A stretch of DNA of 53,311 bases from Candidatus Moraniibacteriota bacterium (GCA_041583775.1 JBFHFF010000009.1:1-53311); one strand, 5' to 3'. Counted from the stretch's first letter, positions 30,030 through 39,321 are shown. The notes: a model not told the origin generated them from the letters alone. A program made the numbers and translations.

Positions 30030-31604
30030 TTATTTTTTCAATAAAGAAGGTAGTGTCATCTCTTTTGGTTGCTCCACTCCCATAATTTCTAAGAGCGTTG
30101 GCGCAACATTTCCCAACCTCCCAATATTTTCAAGTTTAGTATTACTAAAATCATCATCATATGAAACCACCACAAAAGGAACTTTGCATTTTGTGTGGAA
30201 TGTATATGGAAGTTGCAATTCTTCATTAAAAAGAATGTCAGCATTTCCATGATCAGCTGTGACTACTAAGGTGCCTTTTTTGATTTTCAATATATCATTC
30301 ACCTTCTTTAATTGCCTATCCACCTCTTCAATACCTAGTTTTGTTGCTTCAAAATTACCTGTATGTCCCACCATATCAGCATTAGGAAAGTTAATACAAA
30401 TAAAATCGTATTCATCTTCCATGAGTTTCTTTGAAACAATTTTTGTAATCTCTTTTGCTGCCATTTCTGGAGCCTCATCATAGGAACGAACCTCTGGTGA
30501 TTTCACTAGAATCCTATCTTCCCCTCCAACTGCATCAGCATAACCACCATTTATAAAATATGTAACATGTGCATATTTCTCTGTTTCAGAAATATATAAC
30601 TGTCGCTTTTCAGAAAGTGCCATTGGCAGTGTTCCTACTAATAAAGGACTTGAAAAAGCTGTTCTAAGATTTAAATCAGGACCAAAATTTGTCATTGCGA
30701 CAAAAGCCAAATTTTTCAAAAAACTCATCTCTGGAAATCCTTTTTCAATTTGAGTATTCGTTCCAACAAACAATTTTGATAATTGTCTCGCCCGATCAGA
30801 TCTAAAATTGAAAAAGATCACACTATCATTGTCTTCTATTTTACCAACTGGTTCACCTTCTTCGTCAACAATCACAGCTGGCTCGATAAATTCATCTGTG
30901 AGATTTTTTGCATAATTATATTCAACAATCTCTTCAAATGATTTAAATTTCGCACCCTCTCCTTTGACCATTGCATTATAAGCACTGATAAGCCTATCCC
31001 ATTTTTTTGTTCGATCCATTCCATAAAAGCGTCCACTAACCGATGCTAAAATTGCTAAATTTTCATATTTAATTTGCTTTTTCAATGCACCCCAATGCTC
31101 TAGGGCACTTTGAGGATATGAATCCCTCCCGTCAGTAAAAAGATGAAGAAACACTCTTCCTTTTAAATTATTATTTTTCAATAAAATCATCAAAGCTAAT
31201 AAAATATCTGGATGCGAATGTGGACTATCTGAACTCCCCAAAAGTCCAACCAAATGAATGTTCGATTTATTTATTTTTGCATGCTCAATTGCACCAAGAA
31301 TTGCACCATTGTGAAAAAAGCTACTATTGTCAATAGATTCTAGGATCATTCTAACATCTTGCTTAACAATTCTTCCGGCACCAATATTCATATGCCCTGT
31401 CTCAGAACCACTCATTTGACCAGCTTCTAAACCAACATCGTGTCCAGATGCTAGCAGTTTAGTGTTGGGGAAATCATTCATTATTCCATCAAAAAATGGT
31501 GTATTCGCTGCGAATACTGCGTTTGTTTTTTTATTTTTTGGTCCCAATCCCCACCCATCTAAAATAGCCAAAACAAGTGGAGCTGTTTTTTTTCCTTTTT
31601 CCAT
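30030..31604 (-). CDS. gpmI: 2,3-bisphosphoglycerate-independent phosphoglycerate mutase
   Basis: ILDGWG, SETGH, DGRD, NFRSDRAR, ETEKYAHVT, DMVGHTG, TADHGN. Confidence 0.97.
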   Translation of the reverse strand: MEKGKKTAPLVLAILDGWGLGPKNKKTNAVFAANTPFFDGIMNDFPNTKLLASGHDVGLEAGQMSGSETGHMNIGAGRIVKQDVRMILESIDNSSFFHNGAILGAIEHAKINKSNIHLVGLLGSSDSPHSHPDILLALMILLKNNNLKGRVFLHLFTDGRDSYPQSALEHWGALKKQIKYENLAILASVSGRFYGMDRTKKWDRLISAYNAMVKGEGAKFKSFEEIVEYNYAKNLTDEFIEPAVIVDEEGEPVGKIEDNDSVIFFNFRSDRARQLSKLFVGTNTQIEKGFPEMSFLKNLAFVAMTNFGPDLNLRTAFSSPLLVGTLPMALSEKRQLYISETEKYAHVTYFINGGYADAVGGEDRILVKSPEVRSYDEAPEMAAKEITKIVSKKLMEDEYDFICINFPNADMVGHTGNFEATKLGIEEVDRQLKKVNDILKIKKGTLVVTADHGNADILFNEELQLPYTFHTKCKVPFVVVSYDDDFSNTKLENIGRLGNVAPTLLEIMGVEQPKEMTLPSLLKK

Positions 31605-31625
31605 TTTTTCCCAGAATAAATAAAT

Positions 31626-32885
31626 TTATTTATTGAAACTTCTTTCTATTTCAGCAACACGATTATATTTACAAACTCGCTCACCTCTTGCGGTGCTTCC
31701 AAATTTCACATAATCAGCAAAAAAACCAACTGCCAAATCACCAATAAAATCATCTGTAGTTTCGCCACTTCTATGAGAAACTGCAATCTTCATCCCATAT
31801 TCTTTTGCAGCTCGAACACAATTCGCAGTCTCAGTAACTGAACCAATTTGATTAACTTTAATTAAAATCGAATTAGCAGCATTTTTTTCTTTTGCTTCGT
31901 CTAGAATCTTTTTGTTTGTAACCGTTAAATCATCTGCAATGATAGAAATTTTTTCTCCTGATTGTTCATTGAACATTCTCCAACCATCCCAGTCAAATTC
32001 ACTCATCGGATCTTCAATCAATTCCATTTTAAACTTCTCAATCCACTCTCTATACATAGAACTAATTTGTGAATTATCCAATGAAATACCATCAAGCTTT
32101 AAGTTATATTTCTCTGTATCTTTATCATAAAACTCACTTGCAGCAGCATCAATTCCGGTCCTGATTTGAGTTCCAGCTTCATATTTTGTATTTTCAATTG
32201 CCTCTAAGATAAGCTCCAATGCTTCTGCATTAGCAAGAAGGGCTGGTGCAAAACCTCCTTCATCACCAACAGCAACACGATAACCTTTTTCCATAAGCAC
32301 TTTTTTAAGCGACTGATATGTCTCGGCACCTGCTTGTAACCTCTCTGCAAAAGTTTCAAATCCTGAAGGAACTAGCATAAATTCTTGTATATCTAAGCCG
32401 CTATCAGCATGCTCTCCTCCATTAATTACATTAATCATAGGAACTGGAAATTTCCAATTTTCTGGTTGTTCAAATCCGTAAATTTCTTTTAGATGTTGCC
32501 AGAGTTCGACACCCTTCAAGAGAGCCCCCGCTCTTGCAACCGCCAAAGAAACACCCAGGATTGCATTTGCCCCAAGTTTTGACTTATTTGGAGTTCCATC
32601 AAGTTCAATCATTGCCTCATCAATTGCGATAAGATCTTCAACATCCATATTTTTTATTCTTGGAAAGATTTCATTAACAACATTCGCACAAGCTTTCAAT
32701 ACACCCTTTCCACCAAATCTTTCCTCACCATCTCTCATTTCAAGAGCTTCTTTTGTCCCTGTTGAAGCGCCTGAAGGAACCGCAGCTTTCACAACCCTTC
32801 CGTCTTCGAGTGTTAATTTAACCTCTACTGCAGGAATTCCTCGGGAATCCAAGATTTCATGCGCATCAATATTTTTGATTTTCAT
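31626..32885 (-). CDS. eno: Enolase
   Basis: EILDSRG, VPSGASTG, GDEGGF, LIKVNQIG, SHRSGET, RGERVCKYN; start set at MKIKN. Confidence 0.97.
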   Translation of the reverse strand: MKIKNIDAHEILDSRGIPAVEVKLTLEDGRVVKAAVPSGASTGTKEALEMRDGEERFGGKGVLKACANVVNEIFPRIKNMDVEDLIAIDEAMIELDGTPNKSKLGANAILGVSLAVARAGALLKGVELWQHLKEIYGFEQPENWKFPVPMINVINGGEHADSGLDIQEFMLVPSGFETFAERLQAGAETYQSLKKVLMEKGYRVAVGDEGGFAPALLANAEALELILEAIENTKYEAGTQIRTGIDAAASEFYDKDTEKYNLKLDGISLDNSQISSMYREWIEKFKMELIEDPMSEFDWDGWRMFNEQSGEKISIIADDLTVTNKKILDEAKEKNAANSILIKVNQIGSVTETANCVRAAKEYGMKIAVSHRSGETTDDFIGDLAVGFFADYVKFGSTARGERVCKYNRVAEIERSFNK

Positions 32886-32942
32886 TTTTTTGTTTATTGT
32901 TTTACTGAAATTATCACCCTCTTTGCCAATTATACTTTTTCG

Positions 32943-32970
32943 TTGACATTTCTGCAAGTTTGTATATAAT
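32943..32970 (+). promoter_or_regulatory. Consensus sigma70 promoter for tRNA-Lys
   Basis: TTGACA-N16-TATAAT. Confidence 0.75.
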
Positions 32971-33067
32971 TAAAAATGTTTGAAAAATGATATTTCTGCA
33001 TTACGCTTCCAAAGCGACATTTTTGATTTTGCAAGAAGTTATTTATTTAAAGATTTTGACAATTTAT

Positions 33068-33143
33068 GCGCGCATAGCTCAGTCGGTAGAGCAACTGCCT
33101 TTTAAGCAGAAGGTCGGGGGTTCAAATCCCTCTGCGCGTACCA
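33068..33143 (+). tRNA. tRNA-Lys (TTT), CCA encoded
   Basis: GCGCGCATAGCTCAGTCGGTAGAGCAACTGCCT-TTT-AAGCAGAAGGTCGGGGGTTCAAATCCCTCTGCGCGTACCA. Confidence 0.96.
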
Positions 33144-33146
33144 AGT

Positions 33147-33177
33147 AAACACGATTATTTCAAATAATCGTGTTTTT
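33147..33177 (+). terminator. Terminator after tRNA-Lys
   Basis: AAACACGATTATTT-C-AAATAATCGTGTTTTT. Confidence 0.75.
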
Positions 33178-33188
33178 GTTTATTAAAA

Positions 33189-33224
33189 TAGATACCTCTA
33201 TAGAGGTATCTATAGAGGTATCTA
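33189..33224. repeat. Three copies of the 12-mer TAGAGGTATCTA (one inverted, two direct)
   Basis: TAGATACCTCTA-TAGAGGTATCTA-TAGAGGTATCTA; the first 24 bp are a perfect palindrome. Confidence 0.9.
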
Positions 33225-33416
33225 CGAAAACTTTGCAGTTATAATATTGTTTAGTTGAAGAGCTAACGGATTAACGAGTTATGAAGAAAAACTAATTTTC
33301 AATGTTCGAGGATGACCAAATGGGAAGTTCTTGAATTTGAACATTTCTAAATTAGAAAATTGAAAATTAAGTATATCTTCCTCTTGACAATGTATTAAAA
33401 TCATCTAATATTAAAT

Positions 33417-33501
33417 TGTGAAAAGGGCAATGTCCCTTTCGCATAATGAATCCTCCTCCCTTCTAACCCCTGTTGCATAAATATTTGCACGGGGGTTTTT
33501 T
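33417..33501 (+). ncRNA. Candidate small RNA 1 with anti-SD UCCUCCUCCC tract
   Basis: TTGACA(33384)-N16-TAATAT; 5' hairpin TGTGAAAAGGG/CCCTTTCGCA; TCCTCCTCCCTTCT; terminator AACCCCTGTTGCA/TGCACGGGGGTT followed by T-run. Confidence 0.65.
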
Positions 33502-33620
33502 AAAGGTTTTTTAAAAAAATTTTTAAATTATGCTGTTTTTTCAAGTTCAAGAAATTATTAGAACTTTTAGGCTAAGGCATAAATTATTTGACAATAATTT
33601 TAAATCCTATATCTTAAATA

Positions 33621-33691
33621 AGAGCAAGAGAAAATATTCTCCCTCCTCCTCCTTTCCCGTTGGACCTGAACATTGGTCCAACGGGTTTTTT
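33621..33691 (+). ncRNA. Candidate small RNA 2 with anti-SD CCUCCUCCUCC tract
   Basis: TTGACA(33588)-N16-TATCTT; hairpin GAGAA/TTCTC; CCTCCTCCTCCTTT; perfect 11-bp terminator CCCGTTGGACC/GGTCCAACGGG followed by T6. Confidence 0.65.
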
Positions 33692-33794
33692 ATTATCTTA
33701 AGATATCAAGCCAACTCATACAACAAAGACAAAACTTATTTTTTATTTCTTTTCGGACAAGCTTTATGACACAACTTTTTTTAAAAATCAAACA

Positions 33795-33823
33795 TTGAAA
33801 ACTATTAACAAAAATTGTATAAT
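33795..33823 (+). promoter_or_regulatory. Candidate dnaE promoter
   Basis: TTGAAA-N17-TATAAT. Confidence 0.6.
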
Positions 33824-33907
33824 GAAAAATGCTATGTAGAAAAAACGAAAAGCTTTTTTTGGGGGATTCAAAGAGGGCTTTATTAATTTAAAACGACATT
33901 CCTTTCT

Positions 33908-36900
33908 ATGTCTTCCAAAACAACAAAACAAAAATTTACACATCTTCATGTCCACACGCATTACAGCCTCTTGGACGGTCTAGGAAAAATAGACGATCTT
34001 TTGGACCGTGTAGAAGAGCTTGGAATGGATTCCATCGCAATTACGGACCATGGGACAATGTATGGAGTGCCAGAGTTCTATGACAAAGCAACTCAAAGAG
34101 GGATAAAGCCTATTCTGGGATGTGAAATGTATGTTGCACCAAACGGACTTCATAACAAACAACCACGGGTTGATGATGAGCGCTATCATCTAACCATTCT
34201 AGCTGAAACAAATGAGGGCTATAGAAATCTGATGAAACTAGCCACTATAGCCCACCTTGAAGGTTTTTATTATAAACCGCGAATTGATCTTTCTGTTTTA
34301 AAAAAACACGCGAAAGGACTGATTGCCCTTAGTGGTTGTGTTCAAGGAGAGGTTGCCCAACTTGTTGTTAATGGAAAATATGATGAGGCAAAAAGCAAAG
34401 CACTTGAATATCAAAAGATTTTGGGTGTTGGTAACTTTTTTTTGGAGATTCAACACTTGCCTACTCTCGACAAACAGGTCATTTCAAATAAAGGTCTAAA
34501 AAAAATATCAAAAGAAACTGGAATTCCACTTGTAGCTTCCGCTGACCTTCATTATGTAAACCCTGAAGACAAAGATGTTCAAGACATTCTTCTGTGTTTG
34601 CAAACTGGACGGAAAAAAGATGAACCAAATAGAATGACGATGTTGGAATTTGATTTATACCTCAAAAGCCCAGAGGAGATGTGGGAAGCTTTCAAAGACA
34701 CGCCAGAAGCACTTGAAAATACCCAAAAAATCGCGAAGCGTTGCAATGTGACAATTGAATTTGGAAACACCAAACTTCCCCGTTTTGAAGTTCCTGAGGG
34801 GTTTACTTCAGATTCATATCTTTTGAAACTTTGCGAAGACGGAATAAAAAAAAGATATAAAGACGGAGAATATACAGATGAACATAAAACCCGTTTGGAT
34901 TTTGAACTTGGGGTTATTTCAAGAATGGGATTCTCAGGATATTTCTTGATTGTTCAAGATTTTATGAATTGGGCAAAAAATGAGGGCATTGTTGTTGGAC
35001 CAGGCCGTGGAAGTGCTGCCGGAAGTTTTGTTTCATATTTAACAGGAATTACAAATCTCGATCCGCTTCAATACGGACTTCTTTTCGAGCGTTTTCTGAA
35101 TCCAGACAGAATTTCAATGCCTGATGTTGATGCTGATTTTGCAGATCATCGTCGAGATGAAGTTTTACAATATTGCCGAAAAAAATATGGTTACGATCAT
35201 GTAGCACAAATTATCACTTTCGGAACAATGGCTGCAAGGGCTGCAATTCGTGATGTTGGGCGTGTACTAAATGTTGAATATGGTTATTGTGATAAATTGG
35301 CAAAAATGGTTCCCCAATTCACAAATCTCCCAAAAGCACTTGAGACTTCAAAGGAATTGATCATGGAATATAACAGCAACTCAAACGCTAAACAAATTAT
35401 TGATGCTGCTCTCCGCCTTGAAGGAGTTGCTCGCCATGCATCTATGCATGCTTGTGGTGTTGTTATCACAGCTGAACCTGTTGTAGAATATTCCCCTTTG
35501 CAATATATGACAGGCAAGAAAGGGAGTGAACCTTCAATTGTAACTCAATATGCCGCCTCATCCAAGGCGTCATATGTAGAAAAAATTGGTCTACTCAAAA
35601 TGGATTTCTTGGGACTAAAAAATCTTACTATTATTGAAAATTCTTTAAAGATAATCAAAAAAACTACTGGTGACATCATCAACATTGATGAATTGCCTCT
35701 TGATGATGTCGATTCTTATAAACTACTCCAAGACGGTTGCACAACGGGAGTTTTTCAAATGGAGTCCTCTGGAATGAAAAGATGGCTCAAAAAACTAAAG
35801 CCAAATGTTTTTGAAGATATCATCGCAATGGTTGCTTTGTATCGCCCAGGGCCTATGGAGTGGATTCCTGATTTTATTGACGGAAAACACGGAAAAAGAA
35901 AAATTGATTATTTTCACCCAAAATTAAAACCAATCATTGAAAATACCTACGGTGTGGTCGTTTATCAAGAGCAAGTGATGAAAATCTCTCAAGAACTTGC
36001 AGGCTTCACTCCTGGCGAAGCAGATGTCTTGAGAAAGGCAATGGGTAAAAAAATAGTGGAGATGATTGAGAAACAAAAACAAAAGTTTATTGAGGGTTGT
36101 ATCAAGAATAAAGTATCTCAAGAACTTGCAGAAAAAGTATTTTCTTTTATTGAGCCTTTTGCTGGTTATGGATTTAATCGTTCCCATGCTGCTTGCTATG
36201 CTTTAATTGGTTATCAAACAGCTTATCTAAAAGCCCACTATCCTGCTCAATTTATCGCTGCGCTCTTAAATTCAGACAAAGATGATATTGATAGAATCGC
36301 AATCGAAGTTGAAGAATCAAGGGAAATGGGAATTGAGGTTCTCCCCCCCGACATCAATGAAAGTTTTAAAGATTTCGCTGTGATTATGCCTGAAAAAGAT
36401 GCAAAAAAACAAGCTCAACGAATTCGTTTTGGACTAGAAGCAATTAAGGGTGTTGGTTCTCATATCGCAGAAAGTATCATTATAGAACGAGAAAAAAATG
36501 GCAAATTCAAAGACATTATTGACCTATTAGAAAGAGTTCAGGACAAAGATATGAACAAAAAATCACTCGAGGCGTTGGCTATGAGTGGTGCTTTAGATTG
36601 CATTATTGCAAGAAATAAGGTCTTACAAAACATTGAGACTTTGCTTACTTATGCGAAAGATTTCCAAAAAAATGCCTTAGCTGGACAATCATCTCTTTTC
36701 GGAATGATGGATGGAAAGGCTGACGCAGTGCCCAAAATCACGCTATACGAAGCTGACGCAGTCCCTAAAAAACAAAGATTGTCTTGGGAAAAAACTCTAT
36801 TAGGACTTTATATCTCAGATCATCCCTTGCGTGGCTATCAAGAATATTTCAAAAAATTTGCAACACCAATCCGAGAACTTTCTGCTGAACATGTTGATAG

Positions 36901-37486
36901 AAAAATCACAGTTGGTGGAATTATCACAAAAATGCAAAAAATCTACACTAGAAGGAATCAATTGATGTATTTTGCAACAATTGAAGATGGAATTGGAAAA
37001 GTTGAAGCATTGATTTTTCCAAAAACAATTGAACGAACTGGAGATATTTGGGTTGAAGAAAAAATATTACTACTAACAGGGAGACTTTCAGAAAAAGACG
37101 GGGAACTTAAATTGCTCACTGAGGAAGCTTTGGAAGTTGACGAAAAAGAACTTTGGCAATACAAGAAAAAAGAAATTAAAGAGACGACTCCTGTAAGCGA
37201 GAAGTTTAAAAATAGATCCTTTACAAACGCGTCTTCTCCGAAATCTTCGAAAGAAGAAACTATCCAAAAAAACATTCTAATCACTATCAATACTGGTTGT
37301 GACAAAGTTACTCTTGAAAAGATTTCCAAAATCCTTCTTACCAACAAAAAAGGCCTTTGTAGTGTTTTTATTACAGCTCCGGAAATTGGAGGAAAACTAG
37401 AAACCCCCCACCGCATCACTTTCAATCTAGAGACAATAGACAAAATCAAAGCGATTGTTGGGAATGAGAATGTTGTTTTTGAGTAG
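33908..37486 (+). CDS. dnaE: DNA polymerase III alpha subunit
   Basis: PHP HLHVHTHYSLLDG, GPGRGSAAGS, RISMPDVDADF, KMDFLGLKNL, YGFNRSH, OB fold. Confidence 0.98.
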   Translation: MSSKTTKQKFTHLHVHTHYSLLDGLGKIDDLLDRVEELGMDSIAITDHGTMYGVPEFYDKATQRGIKPILGCEMYVAPNGLHNKQPRVDDERYHLTILAETNEGYRNLMKLATIAHLEGFYYKPRIDLSVLKKHAKGLIALSGCVQGEVAQLVVNGKYDEAKSKALEYQKILGVGNFFLEIQHLPTLDKQVISNKGLKKISKETGIPLVASADLHYVNPEDKDVQDILLCLQTGRKKDEPNRMTMLEFDLYLKSPEEMWEAFKDTPEALENTQKIAKRCNVTIEFGNTKLPRFEVPEGFTSDSYLLKLCEDGIKKRYKDGEYTDEHKTRLDFELGVISRMGFSGYFLIVQDFMNWAKNEGIVVGPGRGSAAGSFVSYLTGITNLDPLQYGLLFERFLNPDRISMPDVDADFADHRRDEVLQYCRKKYGYDHVAQIITFGTMAARAAIRDVGRVLNVEYGYCDKLAKMVPQFTNLPKALETSKELIMEYNSNSNAKQIIDAALRLEGVARHASMHACGVVITAEPVVEYSPLQYMTGKKGSEPSIVTQYAASSKASYVEKIGLLKMDFLGLKNLTIIENSLKIIKKTTGDIINIDELPLDDVDSYKLLQDGCTTGVFQMESSGMKRWLKKLKPNVFEDIIAMVALYRPGPMEWIPDFIDGKHGKRKIDYFHPKLKPIIENTYGVVVYQEQVMKISQELAGFTPGEADVLRKAMGKKIVEMIEKQKQKFIEGCIKNKVSQELAEKVFSFIEPFAGYGFNRSHAACYALIGYQTAYLKAHYPAQFIAALLNSDKDDIDRIAIEVEESREMGIEVLPPDINESFKDFAVIMPEKDAKKQAQRIRFGLEAIKGVGSHIAESIIIEREKNGKFKDIIDLLERVQDKDMNKKSLEALAMSGALDCIIARNKVLQNIETLLTYAKDFQKNALAGQSSLFGMMDGKADAVPKITLYEADAVPKKQRLSWEKTLLGLYISDHPLRGYQEYFKKFATPIRELSAEHVDRKITVGGIITKMQKIYTRRNQLMYFATIEDGIGKVEALIFPKTIERTGDIWVEEKILLLTGRLSEKDGELKLLTEEALEVDEKELWQYKKKEIKETTPVSEKFKNRSFTNASSPKSSKEETIQKNILITINTGCDKVTLEKISKILLTNKKGLCSVFITAPEIGGKLETPHRITFNLETIDKIKAIVGNENVVFE

Positions 37487-37689
37487 AGATTATAGAATTC
37501 GTTGTCCTACAATTTCAAAATCAAATGCAAATCAATCAGAGTCTATCTTTGTTTTTAAATAAAGATATAAATAAAATGAATGTAAAATTAAATATACTTT
37601 TGTTGTCTTATATAAAAATGCTCTGTATACAAATGAGTTAAATGCAAATTAAATTGGACTTCAATTAAATCAATTTATCTCTTTATAAA

Positions 37690-38127
37690 ATGACTCAAAA
37701 AATACCCACAAAAAAACGGAATTGCAGAATAAGCGACTACACCTTCGTTTATAATTTAATGAAAACTACCTTATTTCCTTTGATTGAAAAATATCACACA
37801 ATTGATAAAAAAGGATTTGATGAAAAATTTTATAAAGATTACAAAAATATGCAGATACTGCTTCGAGGCACACGACGTATCGGCCTATATGAATTAAAGG
37901 AAAAACAAGAACACCTTTATATTTCGCGTTTATTTTTAACACCATTTTATCAAAAAAGAGGTATCGGTTCTCAAATCATGAAAAATTTTGAAAAAATGGG
38001 ATACCCCAAAATCACCCTTGAAGTTTGGGATAATAATCCTGCTGTATCATTTTATAAAAAACTAGGCTACACAATTACTAAAAAACAAGACCATAAGTAC
38101 TTTTTAGAAAAAATACTTACAAAATAG
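37690..38127 (+). CDS. GNAT family N-acetyltransferase
   Basis: YQKRGIGS, LEVWDNNPAVSFYKKLGY. Confidence 0.88.
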   Translation: MTQKIPTKKRNCRISDYTFVYNLMKTTLFPLIEKYHTIDKKGFDEKFYKDYKNMQILLRGTRRIGLYELKEKQEHLYISRLFLTPFYQKRGIGSQIMKNFEKMGYPKITLEVWDNNPAVSFYKKLGYTITKKQDHKYFLEKILTK

Positions 38128-38379
38128 TCTGTACTGACCTGAGCTCGTGATTAAGATTTTTTATTTTTAAAAAAATAGATGTTCCGGTGCTTACTTCCCT
38201 GTTATTTTTGTGTTATTATGGCTAAGTAACTAGTTAATATATGATTCGCGTTTTGTATAACATCTTTTTATCCAAAAAAAGTTCGCACATAAACCAGTTA
38301 TAGAAAATATTGCTTTTTAAAACAAATGTTTTTTAAGAAGTCTCGATAACAATAAATCAAACCCAATAAAACTTTAATT

Positions 38380-38934
38380 ATGTTTCTAGATTTTGCTTTT
38401 GCCATTTTAGTATCCATTTTGGCTAATGTATTTTTTGATATCCCCCTAGCATCTATAATTTATTTTGCTTTGTTTTTTTCAATTCTTCCTGATTTAGATT
38501 TTGTTATTTATAAAATATTCGGCATTCATCAGGACAAGGCCTACAAGCACAGGGATCTTTTCCACTACCCTTTGTTATATCTCCCAATTGGCTTTTTCTT
38601 ATTATTCTTGATAAGCAAGACTTTGGCTTTTATTTTCCTGGTTATTTCAGTTTTGCATTTCCTTCACGACAGCATTGCCTATGGACGAGGTATAAAATGG
38701 CTATTTCCTTTTTCAAAAAACTCTTTTGCTTTTATCTATCTATATTCAAGAGTGGTTAAACTCGGTCTTTGGCAATGGATTTTCGTGTTCAATGACAAAA
38801 ATCTAGCCAAATGGGACGACGAACATGGCGATGAGAACTGGATTGAGAATATTTATTATAAAGCACATCCGATAGCAATCATCGAATTTAGTACTTTTTT
38901 TACCTCGCTTTTGTTACTGTATTTTTCATACTAA
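38380..38934 (+). CDS. YdjM-like membrane metal-dependent hydrolase
   Basis: SILPDLD, HRDLFH, HFLHD, GIKWLFPF; TM helices. Confidence 0.8.
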   Translation: MFLDFAFAILVSILANVFFDIPLASIIYFALFFSILPDLDFVIYKIFGIHQDKAYKHRDLFHYPLLYLPIGFFLLFLISKTLAFIFLVISVLHFLHDSIAYGRGIKWLFPFSKNSFAFIYLYSRVVKLGLWQWIFVFNDKNLAKWDDEHGDENWIENIYYKAHPIAIIEFSTFFTSLLLLYFSY

Positions 38935-39024
38935 ACCCATATTTATAGTTAAAAAATCCGAATCAGTTGTGCTTATATAATCTACATAGAAGAAAACCCC
39001 AAAAAAAGTTTTAGAAATGCTTGG

Positions 39025-39052
39025 TTGACAAAAACCACAAAACTTCTAAACT
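39025..39052 (+). promoter_or_regulatory. thrS leader promoter
   Basis: TTGACA-N16-TAAACT. Confidence 0.65.
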
Positions 39053-39058
39053 AAATAT

Positions 39059-39276
39059 AGTTCATAATGTGATGATTGATGTGGCTACCAACCATATGTT
39101 AGTTAACGCAAAAAACTATTTTTGCCTAAATCACAGGACAATATCTTAAGAGCTTGAGAAGAAAATTCTCAGGAATCTGAGTGGAACCGCGAGAAGCCTC
39201 GTCTCAGAATATGTTTTAGTTTTCATTTTTTCAAAAATGGAATTTGAAATATATTTTGAGATGAGGTTTTTATTTT
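39059..39276 (+). promoter_or_regulatory. T-box riboswitch (Thr) upstream of thrS
   Basis: T-box AATCTGAGTGGAACCGCG (39174-39191); antiterminator CTGAG-TGGAACC-GCGAG-AAGC-CTCGT-CTCAG; stem III CTTGAGAA/TTCTCAGG; long terminator 39197-39266 plus T-run; ACC in a loop at 39087. Confidence 0.88.
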
Positions 39277-39321
39277 CGAAAAACTAAAGCAAATTTTAAC
39301 ACTCTAATTTTTACAACAACT

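Noticed and set aside
29917-30252. Antisense shadow ORFs over housekeeping genes (also 14762-15106, 20319-20732, 36958-37449, 49645-50103, 52715-53074)
   Set aside because: They lie opposite well-supported genes and have no motifs
33294-33368. Imperfect inverted repeat AATTTTCAAT...ATTGAAAATT
   Set aside because: AT-rich and low complexity, without clear promoter or terminator; too weak to call a third sRNA
33189-33700. CRISPR array or integrated element at tRNA-Lys
   Set aside because: No repeat-spacer periodicity, no cas or integrase gene, and no duplicated tRNA 3' end seen
33530-33769. 79-aa ORF overlapping sRNA 2
   Set aside because: No recognisable domain, and it runs through a promoter and a strong same-strand terminator
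33908-37486. Intein or split in dnaE
   Set aside because: Normal length and contiguous motifs
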